From positions 1,302,001-1,366,000 of the forward strand of contig OZ037844.1 in assembly GCA_964035575.1 (NCBI GenBank): a stretch of DNA of 64,000 nucleotides, read 5' to 3'. A program made the translations under genes and the position numbers. Shown piece by piece: positions 60,032 through 64,000 of the stretch. This stretch comes from Rhynchopus sp. YZ270_cl-10 (taxonomy: Eukaryota). A model generated the notes under the pieces. The model saw only the letters and a program-made list of their open reading frames with translations. It had not been told where the DNA came from and did not search any database. The number at the start of each line of letters is the position of its first letter. Within the stretch, counting starts at the first letter, position 1.

Positions 60032-61024
60032 AGTTATAACGGTGTAATAACGTTATCGATAACGTAAAAACACTTTTATTTTTTGTTATAACGTTATTGG
60101 ATAACGTTATAACAAAGATAACGTTATAACAAAAATAACGTTATACATAACGTTATAACACCCCAGTATGAACTTTTTATATTTGGAAATATTTGATGTC
60201 AAATCTGTCAAAATAAGCAATAATCGAAAACTTTTGTACACCTGAGTGCACTTTGGAGGCCCGTGAGAATCACCACCAAATCACGGGTTTTCTGACTATC
60301 ATTTGCTTATTCCCACCCAAAACACACTATGAACCGGGTTTTCACTATTTTTTCGTATTTCAGGGTGAATTTTTGTGAATTTTTGGGTCACAGGGTGGTT
60401 CTGACCCATTTTGGGGGGTGTTTCGGGCCTGTAGTTGCTCAGGAGATGCCCAAAAACGTGAAAAATCGCCTTTTTACGTTTTTAGTAGTATTTTAGTGTA
60501 AATTGTTAGGGAAATCGGTTTTATACGTGGCTGCTAACAGAGCTGCACTCATATAAGTTGGGTTCTACTAGGAGTTTTTGCTCATTTTTTTTTTCTTTGA
60601 ACAAATTTTGTGCCAATCTTTCAAATAAAGCGTTAGATTTTTACACTGGTGGCATGCTTCCCAGCACACATAAGATACTGGTTGTGCGCCCGAATTCGCC
60701 CGAATCTGCCCGAAATCGCCCGAAATGTGCCCAAATTCGCCCGAAATGCGCCCGAATTCGCCCGAATTACGTATAAATTCCCTTTAAAACGCCCGAAATA
60801 TATTTCGGGCACATTTCGGGCGCTCGGGATCCGCGCCCGAAAAATTCGCCCGAATTCGCCCGAAATATATTTCGGGCGGTCCAAGTATGTTTTACCTATC
60901 AGAGTTACTATTTTTGAAGCAACTGAAACTAATAGTGTTTCTATTTTTTTTTTTTTTAACAAGAGGGATGTGGAGGGGGCGTTTTTTCTTCTTTTCGTAC
61001 CCGAAACTAATTTAGCTAACAGTC

Positions 61025-61143
61025 TATATGACACGGTCCATAACCCCCCACCTAAAAGGTAACCTGAGCAACTACTTAGATTATATCCAAATAGTTGCTC
61101 AGGTTACCTTTTAGGTGGGGGGGTTTATGGACCGTGCCATATA
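61025..61143. repeat. ~120-bp hairpin, MITE-like
   Basis: Arms tatatgacacggtccataaccccccacctaaaaggtaacctgagcaacta and its near-perfect reverse complement. Confidence 0.75.
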
Positions 61144-62452
61144 AAAAAATCAAACACGAAGATCTGCGTATGTGGGTTACGTGCTTTGTTTCCCGTTTTT
61201 TTCCCCCCCAAGGTACACTGTCACGAGCGGGTTGTATTTCAAGTCAACTTTTTTTCCTTCAAAAAAAAAAAATTGGAGCCATGTACAGAACTAAAAAGAA
61301 AAGTGGGGTTGGAGGTTTGCGCGCAAAAAAAAGGGGTGGAGGGGGTGATTCAAAAAAAAACAAAAAAAAAACAACGATGTAGTTTAGTGGAGCTCATCAT
61401 TGGGTGTTACTACACTAATACAACCAAGTTTTCAAGAGATGAACAATATATCCACTGCTCCTAGCCCTGAATAGTACAAATCAGGTATCTCATGCCTTCA
61501 CGGCACGTAGCTACCTGAGTACAAAAAAAATAATGAAAAAAGGGTGATATTTGAGCACAGAACCACAACAACGGGATGCGGGAAGCTGACTGGGCACAGG
61601 CCTAACATTATTGTTGAACAAAAAAAAAAAAAATCAGTAGCCTTCAGGCGACTTTGTGTACAGAACCCTGTCCTCGGACAGATGATCGTCGAAACCAGGC
61701 ACTCCGCTAGGTACTAAAGTTCTGTTGATTGTCAACAGAACTTTTTGAAAATGGGGAAAAAAAGAAAAAGAAAAAAAGTTCTGCTAAGTGGTTCAGACCC
61801 GTTCTACCTGTCAAAAAAGCTCAGGAGAAGAAGATATGGAGAGGTGAGTGCTCAAACGTCCCAAAAAAGTCAAAATCGGGCGTTGGTAAAAAAAAAAAGT
61901 TGCGTACCGTGCGCCTGCGGCGCAAGCATGCACCCCACCAACGTGGACCATCAACAGAATATTTTCAAAATCGGAAATCCTAGCGGAGAGCCTGGTCGAA
62001 ACTGCAAAAAAAAAAAAAAAAAATACCAATGTTTTGGCGTCAGCCCCATATTCCCATAATGCCACCTGATTTTGGCCCGGTAGCAACTTCCGCCCAACAC
62101 CACCAAGCTAGGGTCAAGATCAGGTGGTAAAGATAATACGATTCACATGCATTATATGTCTCTGGAGCGGGAGTAGTGCATCAGTTTTTTTTAAAGTGCT
62201 CCAACAGCCAATAATAAAGTCAGATAAACAAAAAAGCCACTACACCCCTTCTTGCCTTCTCTCGCTCTGTCTTTTGATCCCCCCCTACTCCCTCATTCTA
62301 AAACTTCTCGTAGCTTCACACTTTGAAGTACTCAATCATCCACACAACAGGACATCACATAGAATAGGGTAGGTTGGGGTTGTACAAAAAAAGCTGCGCC
62401 TCTCAACTGAGGTGTACCAACTTTTTTTTTTTTATACCTAAAGCGTAGCTTA

Positions 62453-62958
62453 CTGGGGGGGGCCGAATAGTGGACCCCCCCTGAATAGTAGACCCCCCTT
62501 GAATAGTAGACCCCCCCTGGGAATTCTGGGTTTTTTTAAATTTTTTTTCCTTTGAATAGTGGACCCCCCCTGAGAAATTCCGGGGAAATTTTTTTTTTCC
62601 GTTGAATAGTGGACCCCCCCCCCCAGGTTTTCGTTTTTTTTGACTTTTTGCGGAAGTCACGGAAAAATTTTAGAGGGGATCAACTACAAATTTCAAATTG
62701 ATTTTTCTTTCTTTGGATAGATTTTGTGACAAATCTTTCCAAAGAAGCAAAAATCAGTATATTTTGACACACCCTATCAGCCTCATCGACAGGAGGGGTT
62801 TAGTAGAAATACAGGAAAAAAATTTTGGGGGGGTCTACTATTTAGGGGGGGTCTACTATTCAACTTGGGAAAAAAAATTTTTTTTTCTGAGACCCCCGAT
62901 TTATACCCGTCGGTTCGCCTAATAGTGGACCCGGGGTCTACTATTCGGCCCCCCCCAG
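62453..62958. mobile_element. Tc1/mariner-type MITE (TA TSD)
   Basis: TIR CTGGGGGGGGCCGAATAGT[G/A]GACCCC, with TA on both sides. Removing it restores gcgtagcttaaaggagaaatag as seen at 38204-38225. Confidence 0.85.
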
Positions 62959-63130
62959 TAAAGGAGAAATAGTTCCTCAGATACGGTCGCCAATCACCCC
63001 TCCGACAGGGTAATTGTGCAATCAACGAAAAAACCTTTTTTTCCCTTTTACTTACCTATCAGAGTTACTATTTCTCATTCATCTGCGTGCCACAGTGCCT
63101 ACACAGTAAGCAACAATACGGTGTACGACT

Positions 63131-64000
63131 ATGCGGGCCCGTATGAGTACCAATGCAAATCACGCACGCCACAAGGCGTACCTCGTGAGTGACTCAGATG
63201 CACGCACACAGGTAGAGGACATTGACGGGCCGGAGGATGATGCCTTTCACGTTAGCATGGTCGACAACCACAACCATGCTCACAACCATATCGACCGTAC
63301 CGAACCCACAGTGCGGCAGGACATCCGACGACGTTTTACCCTGAGTCCTGGGTTGCAGAAGACCCAGACAGCACAGACAACACCACAGACCCGCCCCCTC
63401 CGCCAGCGCGCACAACAAACCCTTAAGGCACGCTTTGACACAAGCCCTTCCGCACGCCCCCTTCTCTTGCAACGCGCACGCAGCGTCAGCGGCGGCAGCG
63501 ACACACAAGACGCGGAAGCACGCTACTATGAAGAACTAGCACGCGTCAAAGCTCACAACAGCACACTAGAGCACTTCCTTGATGTCTTTGAAGAGAGCCT
63601 AGGGCTACCACGCGACGCACTAGAGATGATGGGCCCCTACGATCTCTACCTGCAGCAACGCAAGCTGTACATGAAGGAGAAGCTGCGTGCCGTACGGCAG
63701 GGCCACAGCGCTCGGGGCGACCCTGCGAACAACACTACCCTGGACGGGGCAGAGGGCGCACCTCGTAGTGTCATGGACGTCTTCCTCGAGGTCAAGAAAG
63801 TCGGCCCAGGGGGGCACGCCAAAGCGCTCTCAGCATGGAGCCTGGACGACTTCAAGACTGCGATGTCCTTAAAGGAACGAAACCGTAAGCACACCAAACA
63901 CCGTTACCTCGAAAGCCTCTTTACGCCCACAAAGAAACAACCCACCGCCAAACCTATAGCCAAGCATACCCCACGCTATGCCAACTCTAGTGAGGCGCTG
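63131..64000 (+). CDS. Hypothetical protein, 5' part (open to the window end; absent from the ORF track because it has no stop)
   Basis: Manual translation: in-frame TAA at 63107-63109, ATG at 63131, then 290 open codons (MRARMSTNANHARH..EARYYEELARVKAHNSTLEHFLDVFEESLGL..). cacag sites just upstream. Confidence 0.65.
   Translation, partial: MRARMSTNANHARHKAYLVSDSDARTQVEDIDGPEDDAFHVSMVDNHNHAHNHIDRTEPTVRQDIRRRFTLSPGLQKTQTAQTTPQTRPLRQRAQQTLKARFDTSPSARPLLLQRARSVSGGSDTQDAEARYYEELARVKAHNSTLEHFLDVFEESLGLPRDALEMMGPYDLYLQQRKLYMKEKLRAVRQGHSARGDPANNTTLDGAEGAPRSVMDVFLEVKKVGPGGHAKALSAWSLDDFKTAMSLKERNRKHTKHRYLESLFTPTKKQPTAKPIAKHTPRYANSSEAL

Larger units (their letters stand above)
56244..60170. mobile_element. 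CATACTG-ended TIR element, 6-bp TSD AACTTT, nested in 56040-60889
   Basis: TIR CATACTG(T)GGGTGTTATAACGTTAT. AACTTT at 56238-56243 and 60171-60176. Subterminal ATAACGTTAT arrays. Confidence 0.85.
56040..60889. mobile_element. CATACTTGG-ended TIR element, 6-bp TSD TTTTAC, containing nested insertions
   Basis: 32-bp perfect TIR CATACTTGGACCGCCCGAAATATATTTCGGGC. TTTTAC at 56034-56039 and 60890-60895. Confidence 0.88.

Noticed and set aside
59519..60047. ORFs with WVPGYLGT repeats on both strands (and VPVYLCTC repeats at 47.4 and 52.5 kb)
   Set aside because: They arise from stop-free 8-bp tandem repeats and show no sign of real coding.

Overview
Eukaryotic nuclear DNA, probably a euglenozoan such as a diplonemid. 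This is an inference from all recognisable host genes lying on the + strand, very long intronless GC-rich ORFs, C/A-rich ...cacag acceptor-like sites before genes, and GTAT..AG introns. Bases 1-34.5 kb hold a near-identical ~20.1 kb-offset duplication of a giant (~4,586 aa) secreted multidomain gene. Its parts are a coiled coil, Cys-rich EGF-like repeats, a beta-rich region, amphipathic helices, a ubiquitin-like domain and four tyrosinase-like domains lacking most copper ligands. A frameshifted ankyrin-repeat gene sits between the copies and shares the giant gene's 5' leader. Bases 35-46 kb hold a 5-exon acylated WD40 gene, a 3-exon Gos1/GOSR1-like SNARE and a secreted repeat protein. Bases 46-63 kb are an ordered nest of non-autonomous DNA transposons. 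Five TAGG..CCTA elements are chained through poly-G tracts, CATA-ended elements with 6-bp TSDs repeatedly hit the CCTAGG junctions, and piggyBac and TA-TSD elements are also present. The 46-61 kb nest lies inside one small split host repeat. A partial ORF runs off the right end. All calls come from reading the sequence; no database search was run.
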